In this document: piece after piece, positions 1 through 11,902 of the stretch
Position numbering within the stretch: the stretch's first letter is position 1
Layout: each line of letters starts with the position of its first letter
From: Gekko japonicus
Lineage: Eukaryota
Assembly (NCBI RefSeq): GCF_001447785.1
Contig: NW_015164186.1
Span: forward strand, 779,781 to 843,780
Direction: 5' to 3'
Length of the DNA stretch: 64,000 nt
Notes under the pieces: model-generated
The model's input: only the letters and a program-made list of their open reading frames with translations
Database searches by the model: none
Told to the model about the DNA's origin: nothing
Translations under genes and position numbers: made by a program

Positions 1-1238
1 TCCCTACAATTTATCATGAAAGACGATATTATGAAACCCTGGCTAGTACAGCTGCTGCCAAAAGCCTGGAGAAGAATGTCCTGTCCCTTTAATAGAGATT
101 TAATGTATAGAAACCAGCAAGCTGAACGTTTTTCATGGCTTGGAGAGAAATTAACACAAAAAACAGCCCATTAAAACTCTATTAAAGAGACAAAACATGT
201 CTTTCCAGGCTTGTTGGCAACTCTAAAAAAGGATGGGGGAGAAATAACAAGGAAAGGTCAGTGTAAAACAAGAACTATGTTGCTGTTTCCTGTTCGTCTG
301 CACTGTGCACCAATGTGATGAACCTGCTCTATAGAGATCTTAAGAAGTAAACATGCACATAAAAGTTTATACCCTGAATAATAAATCTTCATTGGTCTTA
401 AAGGTGCCACTGGACTCAAACTTTGTTCTATAGAGATCACTGTGAGGATTTTCAGACAGACGATATAATCTGGAAGAGGAATGGTTCCCAAAAGGTTTCT
501 GGTCTGTCATTTCAGACAGAACTATTTTAGAACCGGTTCCCTACTGGAATATATTTGTAATTTCACACACAAACGCTACTGTCCCGTTTAGGAAACGGGG
601 CTGAAGTGTTTGACCTGTCAACCGCTTCCAAGTAGTCTTCAGTTTCCTCTCCTGGTTCCAATGCACTTTATACCGCCGTTTTTCGCCCATGTGGGCGATC
701 TCCAGGTTTTTTTTTTTAAACGTTCACTTTATAGCACTATAACGGTATACCGCTATAACGCAACAGCACTATATCACCCTCATTGGAATGCCTGGAGTGT
801 TTCCTCCAAGCCTAGGGATTTGCTCAGGGCCCCAAAGGTCGTACAGTGTGCAAACAGCATGCTGGGCATAGAAAGAAAAAGAAACTGTGGAGATGCTTAA
901 CTGATTTCCCACAAAGGGCAGAAGGTACCAAGCCTCCTATTCTGGGCCCTGAGAACAGCCACCCCGGGAGTCAGGCAGCAGGACACTCTCCCCTTTCTTT
1001 TATTTTGTGAGAGTGAAAGCTCTGTCTTTACAAGGCGTCAGCTTTTCACTCTCAGTGTTCATTCCAGGGTGCACTTACATTCAAGTCAGTGAGTCTAGAC
1101 ATGGCTTGCAATATAAATCAAATTTATTAACTTAAGGAGGGTTGCAAAGCATAAATCACTCAGTTACAGGCAAAAAGACATAAAACAAACAAACCCCACT
1201 ATTACTACATAAAATCTGCCTATCTGAAAACTTTAGAG

Positions 1239-1515
1239 CAGGGGTGTTGAACTAATTTGTTACGAAGGCCAGATCTGACATAAATTAGACCTTGTTGGGC
1301 CGGGCCATTTGTTTCATAAAATGTAATGCCAGGTAGTGGAGATATAAACTTTACAAAGGACATAAACACAAAGGTTTTTTAAACTTTAAATAAAACATGC
1401 AAAAACTCTTGCAATATTTTGTCTATTTAACAGTCTCTGATAACCGACACCTCTTGCTCTGAATTATTGCATCAAAATGTCTGTGCTATAGCAATCTTGA
1501 GTATGCTATTTAAGT
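1239..1515. mobile_element. hAT-Charlie-like DNA transposon end fragment
   Basis: CAGGGGTGTTGAACT terminus after a CTTTAGAG target-like site; GGGCCGGGCC subterminal motif. Confidence 0.5.
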
Positions 1516-1522
1516 GTTTATC

Positions 1523-2220
1523 TGTAAGCTGTGTGGCGGACTGGGCCTGCGCCAGCTGGCAGGCCCCGCTCTGCCCACCCCTCCTCTGCCTGACCTGGCA
1601 CCTGAAGGGGCAGTTTTTCTCCACTGCCTCTGGGTATTGCTGCCACCACTGTCTCTGTCTTGGTCTCTGCTTAGGTGGGACAGCCTCCTAACCTCCCTCT
1701 GGTCTTACTAGGAACCTGCCTTGGGGCTTCCTGGTAATCTTTGGGCTCCCCTGGAGAGTTGGCAACTGACCATTTTGCCCATTCTCCTCCGGGAGTCCCC
1801 AACCCACCCCTAGCATGTCCAAGCAGCTGGGGGAACTGCGCAGTACAGAGGACTTCTCACCGTCAACAGTTAAAGCATTTATTTGAAAACTCTTAACAAT
1901 TTACAGGCATCTCCACAGTGAACTGAAGAATCAAAATAAAGGTGACAAAACCGCTCCATCTCTCCCTTCTCTACACTCATGCTCTGTCTCGATGGTCTGC
2001 AGGGCAGGCACATCACTTCATTTCATTGGAAAAAGTGGGATCAGCATGTCTCCCAAAACGGCCTCTGTCTCCTGCAGACTCCAACCGACTGTCTGACTGG
2101 CTTCAGACTTCTCACAGACTCCACTGGCTTCCCGCCCAAAACTCCATAATATCAAACAGCAGTTTCCCGCCCAGGAACTGGCTCTCCATCCTGCAGCATT
2201 CTGGTGCAGATCTCCTCACA
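1523..2220 (-). mobile_element. Probable LTR-retroelement LTR
   Basis: TGT..ACA termini; minus-strand AATAAA at 1878-1883; no TSD found. Confidence 0.4.
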
Positions 2221-2231
2221 ACCTTGATGGA

Positions 2232-2450
2232 TAGGGTTGCCAGCCTCCAGGTGGGGCCTGGGGATCTCCCGCTTTTACAACTGATCTCCAGCTGACAGAG
2301 ATCAGCTCCCCTGGAGAAAATGGCTGCTATGAAGGGTGGGCTCTAAGGCATTGTACCATGCCGAGGGCCCTCCCTTCCCCAAACCATGCCCTCTCCCAGA
2401 TCCACCCCCAAAGTATCCAGATGTTTTCCAACCCGGATGTGGCAACCCTA
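2232..2450. mobile_element. hAT-type MITE (TIR TAGGGTTGCC)
   Basis: TIRs TAGGGTTGCC/GGCAACCCTA; 8-bp TSD TTGATGGA/ATGATGGA. Confidence 0.8.
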
Positions 2451-3372
2451 ATGATGGACTTCCTGTCCTCTCTAGGCAGCTGCCCTCAGACTACTGGTTG
2501 GAGACAGGAGGGGAGGGGGGGAATGAGGAGGAGACTAGGCCAAGCCCTACCTCAAGTTTGATGGTCACCTATCCAGCCCACACCAACGTAAACACATATA
2601 CAAAATGGCGTTTCTCCACAAGCAATCAGTGCACTACCCAGCAAATGAATAGCCAGTCAGGGCCATCCAGTTAATTGGTGTCTACTGTGAGAGGAAAACT
2701 AGGGAGAAGGCATAGAGATTCTGTAAAACAGTCTCCCAAGGTCGAATTCTCCCAGGATCAGAAACTGCTCACAGGACACAGGTGCTACTAGTCGTCAGAG
2801 GGAGCACTTCTAAATAGACCAGAATCCCAACAATATTTAGAGTTCTGAAGGAAGATCCAATCACTTTATTAGAACCGGAAGCCTAAATTATCAGGTTCCT
2901 TACAGTGGGTTGTTGTGTAAAATAGTGAAGGTACTACATCTGTATGTTTTCTCTCTGCCCGTTCCTTTCTGGGATTTGTTATGTGTTGATTACAAGTTTT
3001 ACACTGACTTCTCAGTGTAACTTCTCTATGTTCCCCTCTTTTACTGTTATTTGAATTCTAAGTATAAATTTAGTTGCTTTGGATGGACACTCCTGTGCAT
3101 CTGAGGAAGTGAGTACTGACACACAAAACCTTAGGGTGTAATAGTTTAATTTTTTTAAGGTGATGCTGGACTCTTGCTTAACCCCAGCAAACAGGGAAGC
3201 AGCAGAACAGTGAGAGAAGGTCTAAGTTTTAAAATCCTGGTAGTTAAGGTGTTGCATGATAAAAAGCAGGAAAATATGCTTTCAAAGAAATATTTGTAGA
3301 CAAATACTTATGGAAGTAACATTTTTGTGCGTTTTTAGACAGAATCACCAATTTAGGGTTGTCACTTGCCAG

Positions 3373-4568
3373 AAGTACAAGCTGGGTTTCGAAGAGGTAG
3401 AGGAACTAGAGATCAAATTGCCAACATTCGCTGGATTATGGAGAAAGCAAGAGAGTACCAGAAAAAGATCTATTTCTGCTTCATTGACTACGCTAACGCC
3501 TTTGATTGTGTGGATCACAACAAACTATGGCAAGTCTTTAAAGAGATGGGAGTACCAGACCACCTCACATGTCTCTTGAGAAACCTGTATAAGGGTCAAG
3601 AAGCGACAGTTAGAACAGGATATGGAACAACTGATTGGTTTAGCATAGGAAAAGGAATACAACAAGGATGCATATTGTCCCTTTATTTAATTTATATGCA
3701 GAGTACTTCATACGATGAAATGCTGGCCTGGATGAATCACAAGCCGGAATTAAGATTGCTGGGGAAAACATCAGCAACCTCAGATACGCAGACGATACCA
3801 CTCTAATGACAGAAAGTGAAGTGGACCTAAAGAGCCTCTTGCTGAAGGTCAAAGAGGAGAGCACAAACACTGGCTTGAAACTCAACATCAAAAAACTAAG
3901 ATCATGGCATCCAGCCCCATCACTCCTTGGCAAATAGAAGGAGAAGTCGTGGAAGCAGTGACAGACTTCACATTCCTGGGATCCAAGATCACTGCAGACA
4001 GTGACTGCAGCCATGAAATTAAAAGACGCCTGCTCCTTGGGAGGAAAGCGATGGCAAACCTAGACAGTATAATAAAAAGTAGAGACATCACCCTGCCAAC
4101 AAAAGTCCGCATGGTCAAAGCAATGGTATTCCCAGTAGTACTGTATGGCTGCGAGAGTTGGACTATAAGGAAGGCCGCGTGCCAAAGAATAGATTCTTTT
4201 GAATTATGGTGCTGGAGAAGACTCATGAGAGTCCCCTGGGCTGCAAGGAGATCAAATCAGTCAATCCTAAAAGAAATCAACCATGACTGTTCCCTGGAAG
4301 GCCAGATACTGAAGCTGAAGCTCAAATACTTTGGCCACCAAAATGAGAAGGGAGCACTCACTGCAGAAGACCCTGATGCTGGGAAAGATTGAAGGAAAAA
4401 GGAGAGGGGGACAGCAAAGGATTAGATGGTTGGACAGTGTTATCGAGGCAACGAACATGAAATTAAGCAAACTCCGGAGCATGACGGAAGACAGGAGGGC
4501 CTGGCGTGATGTGGTCCATGGGGTCACGAAGAGTCGGATTCGACTGTGCGACTGAACAACAACAACAA
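3373..4568 (+). mobile_element. RTE-BovB LINE, 5'-truncated, frameshifted RT
   Basis: QAGFRRGRGTRDQIANIRWIMEKAREYQKKIYFCFIDYANAFDCVDH and EIKRRLLLGRKAM peptides; (CAA)n tail; flanking direct repeat CACTTGCCAG at 3363-3372 and 4569-4578. Confidence 0.93.
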
Positions 4569-4724
4569 CACTTGCCAGGTTCCCCCCTGGGGAGGATAGC
4601 AGGCCCAACAGGGTATAATGCCATAGAGTCCACCTTCCAAAGCAGCCATGTTCTCCAGGGGAACTGATCACTGTAGTTTGGAGATGAGCTGTAATTCCAG
4701 GGGATCCCCAGGTCCCACCTGGAG

Positions 4725-4928
4725 CAATGCTTCCTCTAAACTGTGGAGGCGTGTGAGCAAAAATTCTACTTTGTGAACTACTGGCATTAAAGTTGTGAGT
4801 GAGCAATTTGGCTACTGCATAAACTAGTTTGCTCTGGAGCCATCCTTCCTGAGCTAAGACAAAAATGTGTGAGCCAGAGGCTAAACAACTGAGCTAGCTC
4901 ATGCTAATTTAACTTAGAGGAAACACTG
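4725..4928. mobile_element. hAT MITE (TIR CAGTGTTCCCTCTAAG family)
   Basis: Perfect 8-bp TSD ACCTGGAG at 4717-4724 and 4929-4936. Confidence 0.85.
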
Positions 4929-5149
4929 ACCTGGAGGCTGGCATCTCACCATACTGTTTATGGATGACGTTCAAATAAAAATCATGGAAACATTCGATTC
5001 TTTAGCTTGTTCCTAACTATCCTTAAGGTTTCACTTAAAATACATGGAGCGAATTTACACTAGCAGACTTCACACAAAACCAACACACCAACGTCAATCT
5101 AAGATGCATGTTTACAGTGTGCACGTGCGTAAATTTCACACCAAGCAGC

Positions 5150-6100
5150 CGGGTCCCAAACACGTTTAGATTAATCTAAACTACATCCCGAGAGGCTTAA
5201 TGGAGCTTATTCCCAGGCACAGAATTGCAGCCGGAGCAGAGAAGCGGTAGACAGCCATATTGCTCTTCCCGTCAAGCACAAAAACAATTCTTCTTCCAGC
5301 GCCTTCACTAAACCCTTTTCCCACCTCCCCTAAAAAAGACCTCATAGCGAGTAGTTGAGATCACGTGAGACGTATATAGCCTGGGGGGGTGCAGTGTGGC
5401 CGCCCCAATTTCTCACTTCCGCTCTGCGGTGGTATGAAAATCTAGTCTATGTGGGCTAGTCCGCACATATCTCGCTCGTCGGACTAGTGCTCCACTCTCG
5501 CCTCCAATGAAAGCTATTGGGGGGGGGGGGTCCCCACTCCCAGTATGCCAAAGGATACAGCGACGCCCCTCGAAGTCCAAGGAGAAGCATCATAGTCAAG
5601 GGTAGCTTTCAACTTTCACCGGAAGTACAGGCTGAGGGGGGGTAACTCTTAAATCCTTTTCTATCTCTATGTTGAGGTCCGCGCTTTGAAAGTTGAAGGG
5701 GTGTGAACCAGGTGACAGGAACTTCCGGACTGGAAAGCGGAAGAGGTCCTGCTAGGGGCGTCTGCTTCCTCGTACTTCTCCCTCTTGCTCCTTCGGGGTT
5801 GCTATGGCGTCAAGGTTACTTCGGCTGTGTGGTGCCCTTCGGGGTCTGAGCGCGGGCCGCAATTCCCTTGGCTCGGCTAGCCTCGGTCCGCTGCGTCTAT
5901 CGGGGGCCTCTCGTTCTATGGGGGCTGGAGGTGAGCGCCTAAGTGTCTTCTAAAGATCCTGTAGCTGGGCCTGGAAGCAGCGGCTGTAGCAACAGGCCTT
6001 TGGTTTTGCAGGGCTGGGAGTGGGTGAAAGCTGTATTCCGCCGGCGGCCGCTGGCCTGCTTTTGCAGAGCCCGTAAATACTCGCTGAATGCTGGAATTTT
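5150..6100 (+). promoter_or_regulatory. CpG-rich promoter of COX5B with ETS/GABP (NRF-2) sites, an E-box, and ZNF143-like and YY1-like motifs
   Basis: High CpG density. CACTTCCG 5414-5421, CCGGAAGT 5619-5626, ACTTCCGG 5721-5728, GCGGAAG 5737-5743; TCACGTGA 5361-5368; ACTACATCCCGAGAGGC 5180-5196. GABP control of mammalian COX5B is established. Confidence 0.75.
5804..5930 (+). CDS. COX5B: COX5B exon 1 (mitochondrial presequence)
   Basis: gctATGGCGTCAAGGTTACTT = MASRLLR; Arg-rich and acid-free; ends GGAG|gtgagc. Confidence 0.93.
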
Positions 6101-9100
6101 ACTGGACTAGGCACGATCCAAAAGCGTCCTATTCATGTTCTTGAGGCAAAAGGCACCGCTTCACACAGACGTGTGATGATTTAACTGGGGGTCCTAGGTA
6201 GAATCTATGAAAGCAAAGTAGACGAAGCAAGACTGAACCCCGCCTGACCTAAAGTAAAGGAAGTTGAAGCAGCGATGTAAAGTGATAAAGCAGCGATACC
6301 ACTGTCTTTACGGTAGCATGTAAGAGGGATCACCAAGTTATCTTTATGATTTATTATGTGCAGTATATTTTCATTGTGGTGGATGATGTTCGTTCGTATG
6401 CAGCATTGAGATTATGCGGTGCAAATAACTCCTTCCTCCCCCCACCCTGTATAGTAGTAATTGTGCTACAAGATTTGTAAATCATATTGAGAATGGATGA
6501 AATCCTCGTGGGCAGGAGTGCGTCCCTTGAATAATAATGACAGTTATGTGTTGGTACTGTGCTTGCAAGAGCCACTGGACTTACTTATTACTACTATTCA
6601 TCATTTATTTTGTACCAGTAATGTGCTACCACAGTACACAAATAGTGTGAGGCTTCAATGGAAGTGTATTATCTGGACAATGATGAAATGGGAGAGCAGA
6701 TCCTGACAATGGAAGAGGAAAGAAGTTGGGGAGGGTTTAGTGGCAATAGTCCTTGAGTTTTCACTTGATAGGCCACCTGCTAGGAGGTGCTGTATTGAAC
6801 TTCTCTTACAGTAGCAGTGAGTGTAGAATGATCAGCTATTTTCTGAAACAGGCTAGAGTTTATACATTATTGAAAGGTGCTATTCAGTCTTGAATAACCA
6901 AGCTTGAATGCATTCACTCTACTTCCTTTTGACTGCTACACTTGCCACTGAAGTCAATGAGCTTCTACAGATATTCTCATAAATTGAGTAGTCTTCAGTT
7001 TCAGAAGACAAAATCTTGAGGTGAGAGAACTTAGTTATACTAAGGATTGTTGTTTTCTGTTTGTGTGGAGTCTATTTAGGTATAAGAAAAGTGATCTCCA
7101 AATTAGCAGTCTTGTGTCAGCTTACAACCTATGCAGAATTTCTTGTCTAGGACCAGATGACTATGCTCTATATAAGAGATGAGTGATTCCAGGGCTCAAA
7201 TAGTGTATTTCCTCACTAACAACCCAGTGAGGTAAACTGCCATTCTTATTTGATATACAAAATTGCCTCTCGTTTATGTTACATTTAAGAAGTGGGACAT
7301 TACTACGTATTCAAAACACCATCCGAGCAATCAGATATTAAGTTCATATGAACCAATTTTTTAGAACCCACATTGTGAGAAGTTAAATAACCTAATAAAG
7401 GAAACCAGTATTCTACAAATTTGGGGTATATTTCCATTGTGGGTGGGAGTGTGGCTAAGCTGGGCCAGCAGCACTGCTAAAGTGATCCTGCTGGGGCAGC
7501 GTTCCTGATGGATTAAAGTACCCTGGTCCTGCTCCTACACCTGACAGACGCTGGCCTGTCTGGTGTTGGGGGGGGTTGTATTTAAAGGCATCATGGAGGC
7601 TGGGCCAGCAGCAGGGCTAACACAATCCTGCTGAGCAAACCTCCCTGACAACTGTAAGCATCCCACCTCCTCTCCTACACCTGACAGGCAGCTGCCTGTC
7701 CAGTGTAGGAGGAGGAGGGGGGAGGAGTATTAGAAGCCACTGTGGAGGCGGGGCTGGCAGGATCACTAAGGCGTTACTGCTGGTGCAGGCTCCCTCATGG
7801 CTTTAAGCACCCTGCAACTATTGCTGCACCTGACAGACAACCACCTGTTAGGTGTAGGAGGTGGGGGGAATGTGTTGGAAGCCATTAGAGAGGCTGGGCC
7901 AGCAGCTTTGCTTCACCTCACAGGTGGTTGGCCACTCCTGATTTCCTCAACTGTCATTAGCTCTCTGCAGTCCCCTGTAACTGTTGGTGGTTTTTTACCT
8001 CAGAACACTGAGCTCTGCAGGTGACCAGAGAGTGGGGGGGTACAGGGAGACAGTAGCCTGGCAGCTGCATAGAAATCAATGGAGGGAGCACATTTTACCC
8101 CTTTTGACCCTCTTAGGGGTCAAATTTCTAAAAATCCCTTCTTATTGAGCATTTCCGCCATGGTAGGAGCACTCTCTCCGAATTTGGTGTTTCAAGGTCC
8201 AGTGGTTTGGCCTGGGTGTTGATTTTACAGTGAGGGGACTTTCTTTTATATATATAGAAGTAGTAGAGGAATTAAAGCTGAGAAAGCTGTCTACAGCCAT
8301 GTGGTGTATCTGTGGTTGGGGTGAGACTAGGACTCAGAGCTTCAGATCCAGAACTGTATTACAGCCTGCCATTAGTTTTCAGACTAGTATTTAGCCTGGG
8401 CTAGTTTACAATATTTTTAAGGTATTCATAGTTGCCTCCCTGCATAAGGCATACCAGTATTGTACTGGTGGTGCTGATTAATTTATGTATTTTTTATGCT
8501 TTCTCTCACAACTTCTAGGATAGTGAACAATAAACCATCCTAAATCAATGTTTCAAGGATTAAAACACTCCAAAAGCACATGAAAAGATCTAAAACTAGT
8601 AGAAGAATGAAAATATAATAACCAGGCTGTGAGCAAACAAATATATGCCTGAGTGAATAAATATATTAAGATATTCTCTTCCAAAATGTGTTGTACAGAA
8701 AAGATTTTAATGGTTTTGACATGCTGTAACTGTGCTAGTGACTTGTAGTCCTACTCTGCATACCTCTCTGGAGTAGAAAGGTAAAGGCACTAGCAAGCCT
8801 TTCTTGGAGCTCTGTATCTTGAATGGATGAATTAGTAAAATGTGTATTAGACTGACAAATATCCCTTTGTCTACCTTTATATTGGGTCTGTATGCCCAGA
8901 AGGGGAGGGGGTTAATGAACTAGTTTAGGTGCTGAGATCCTTCAGTGGTGCTCAAATCATTTTAATATGTGAGGCATGGATAAGTTCATCTTTCATCTTG
9001 TGGGGTGGGACGGGACTAGTGGGAAGAGTCATCCATTTCAAACTGCCCATTTCTCTGCCCCAGGTATGCCAACTGATGAAGAACAAGCTACAGGGTTGGA

Positions 9101-10618
9101 GAGAAAAGTTCTGAAAGCTTTGGAGCAAGGACTGGTAAGTAAAAAGGAAGAAAAGTGTCAGCTAGTTCCTCTCTACTCCACTGCACTTTCCTGTATACAT
9201 TTTTAAATAAATGGTAGCCCACTGACTCTTACAGTCTATGACAACAACCCCCCAGAAGTGTCGCCTTGTCTTGCTCCGTTTACTTCAGAATCTGAAGATC
9301 CAGCAGCTTATTGTATTGCAGTGAGACCAGCCAGGGTGTGACTTGCTTAGGTTTTTATATTGGCCTGGAAACAATGTCTCCGGAATACTAGTGATAGAAC
9401 AGTACCAATTAAGTACTGTAGCTGGAGTGAAATGGCTCAGAGGAAGGAAGATTTGAGGTGTGAAGGTGAAAGTTGATCTTCTGCTAAGAATCTGAGAGTG
9501 GGGAGGAAGAGCAGTACATCACTGAAAATGTGGGGTACCTGTTCTGGATGTCTGGCTTCCCATCTATTGCTCTTCAATCTTATTCTTCCCTGCTTGTTGT
9601 AGGATCCATACAACATGTTTCCAATCAAAAGCCGTGCTGGGACAAAGGAAGATCCCAACCTCGTCCCTTCCATCAATGAAAAGCGGATTGTGGGCTGCAT
9701 CTGTAAGTATCTCCTTAGGCAAATAAGGTCTTTTATTTATTTAGATTTATATCCCGCCTTGCATGACACTAAACGTGATTGGCAGCTACATCATTTCAGC
9801 GGGACAGTCTCCCTTTGATCACCTGATTACATGTGATATTACAGTTGGTTGAGGAAGAGAATGGTCTTTTAGGGCCTGATTTCTTTTGGAAAAAGGAATA
9901 CGGTTGTTGAATGCCATAAAGGCACATTAGCTGCAGTGTAATCTCCGCAAAAGTTAGATTATGGGTACTGTGCAGGTCCATGTTCTGATAAGACCCATAT
10001 GCCAGGACATAACTGGTAATATTGAAGACACTTTTCCACTTCATAAATGCTTCTTCCTTAGTTACCTAAAACCAAGGAGCAATATGTATAGTGTAGCTGT
10101 AGTCAGGGCTGTTGTGCTGCAAATCCATCATGTTCTATGAACAAACTCCATGCTTGTACATGGTGCATTAGTGTCCTTTTGCTAGCATTATTTACAATTG
10201 AATCAGAAAATTTTCTGATTCAGATTTTCCCAGAAAATCCATATCATTACCCAGAACAAAGTCTTGCTTGCCAGCAGTGTGGGGCTGTCAGCAAATCTCC
10301 AGTGGGTTGTTTACTGATTTGAAAACCTTCACTTTTGCCAGTTCATTAAATTGCTATCACTACATAAACGTCAGGTTCAAAGGGCCACGTCTAGTTGTGT
10401 CCCTTTTAGGATCAAGGGAAGAGCACTCTTTTCCTCAAGTGTGTATGTTTGTACAACACTTTTCCATGTAGCAGCTGTCTAATCTTCTGTTACTTCCCCA
10501 CAATGTAGGTGAAGAGGACAACAGCACTGTGATCCATTTCTGGCTGCACAAGGGAGAAGCCCAACGCTGCCCTTCATGTGGGACTTACTATAAACTAGTT
10601 CCAAATGAGCTGATTTGA
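5804..10618 (+). CDS. COX5B: Cytochrome c oxidase subunit 5B, mitochondrial precursor (spliced; exons 5804-5930, 9064-9134, 9603-9702, 10509-10618; 135 aa)
   Basis: Spliced translation: [10 protein letters not shown]...[99 protein letters not shown]. All introns are GT-AG with consistent phases (127+71+100+110=408 nt). Zn ligands CxC and CxxC are intact. Confidence 0.97.
7455..7910. repeat. Diverged tandem repeat, ~140-149 bp x3.2, each unit with an internal hairpin
   Basis: GCTGGGCCAGCAG-like anchors at 7459, 7599, 7748 and 7893; CTACACCTGACAG-N~8-CTGT..GTGTAGG hairpins. Confidence 0.7.
9064..9134 (+). CDS. COX5B: COX5B exon 2
   Basis: cccag|GT ATG CCA ACT GAT GAA GAA CAA ([12 protein letters not shown]); ends CTG|gtaagt. 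Confidence 0.96.
9603..9702 (+). CDS. COX5B: COX5B exon 3
   Basis: tgtag|[33 protein letters not shown]|gtaagt, 100 nt. Confidence 0.97.
10509..10618 (+). CDS. COX5B: COX5B exon 4 (coding part)
   Basis: tgtag|[36 protein letters not shown]. Confidence 0.97.
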
Positions 10619-10721
10619 CTCTTAAGCCTGCAGTGTGCTTTATTTATGGTTGGCTAGACTCAAGATAGAACTGACCAGTCCTTTAGTTCATGAAGCAATA
10701 TACCATGTTCTATATACACCT

Positions 10722-10727
10722 AATAAA
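10722..10727 (+). terminator. COX5B polyadenylation signal AATAAA
   Basis: AATAAA about 105 nt after the stop codon, followed by T-rich sequence. Confidence 0.8.
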
Positions 10728-11896
10728 GTCATCTTTTGACTCCTTGTATTTAATGTTCCTCTTTCTAAAACCAGCATTAAGATTTGCAACAAAAGAGTAG
10801 GAACAGTATACACACTTGCAAAGAGTTGATCCCAAGGCAAATCATCACCCTGTTTCCTCTCCTATCCTGATTAACGTATTTGCATAAATGAAACAAACAT
10901 GTCATGAAGGGAGTGCCGCTCTCCCCTGCAAATGTCCATGCCAGAATCTTCTGTTATGTTTCAGTTGGACCAACAGCAGCAGATATTTCTGTACTGGGAT
11001 GGTGAGTGAACTATACATGAATCAGCTTGTTTGCCTTGCTGTGGTTTCGGGGCTGGGCCCTTCTCTAAATAACCTACTATTCCTTGGGGTTGCTGTATCT
11101 CATCCTTTGGCATTACAACTAGATCTTAGCATCAGCTTTGGTAAGGAGCATTCTCCTGCTGTCCAGAAGTAGGCCCACAGGTACAGTCAGGCTCAGAGGG
11201 AATCATACATCCAGCTCCTTTGGCAGCCACTACCACTTACCTGGGCCATATTTTCCCCACATTGAGACTGCCAGGGGGAAACAAGATCTAGTCCTCCCCA
11301 GTTCCTTGCAGATCCCATTTGTATGTTGTAATAAGATCTCAAGCTTGCAGGCTGCTGTTCTAGTTATCTTCTAGATGCCCACTCAATTTATATAGGGATT
11401 CCCAATGCTCCAGCATACATAACTACCCTACCTACATCATCCTTCTGCAGCTGTGCAGGACAAGGAAGAACAGCACTCACTCAGCCATGGTATTAAAGGA
11501 CAGGACGAAAGAACCCCGCTCGCCCATGTGTCTTCAGCAGCAGTTGGAAGCATGAGAACTGTGAATAAGTACTAAACATCTTGCTTACTAGGGCACTGAG
11601 CTGCTGTCTTGGCACTAAGGTTAAAGTTCTTCCTAATGGTACAGTATTCCTCCTGACTCCAGTGCTGATGCCAAGCAAGAAACCTGAAGTTGGGTCTCCC
11701 ATCCTTCTGAGGGGGTTACTTTTTTAAAAAAAGCTTGTTTTGCCTTCAGGACCCAAAACTACTGCTGAAGGGGTTAAAGATGACAAGGGAAAGAATGAAC
11801 AAAAGGAAAGCAAAATGATTAGGCACAGTCTCCCATGTTCAAAAGCCAGGCTTCTGTAGTGTCCCAAGTGGCTCTCTTGTCCGTGGCTGCTACACA

Positions 11897-11902
11897 TTTA
11901 TT
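11897..11902 (-). terminator. Probable ACTR1B polyadenylation signal (3' UTR about 2.3 kb)
   Basis: TTTATT on + (AATAAA on -), downstream of an AU-rich, UTR-like block at 11930-12120. Confidence 0.55.

Noticed and set aside
5180-5660. ZNF143-like site plus TATATA at snRNA-type Pol III promoter spacing, with a hairpin at 5456-5487
   Set aside because: No convincing PSE and no recognisable RNA product; better explained as part of the COX5B CpG promoter.
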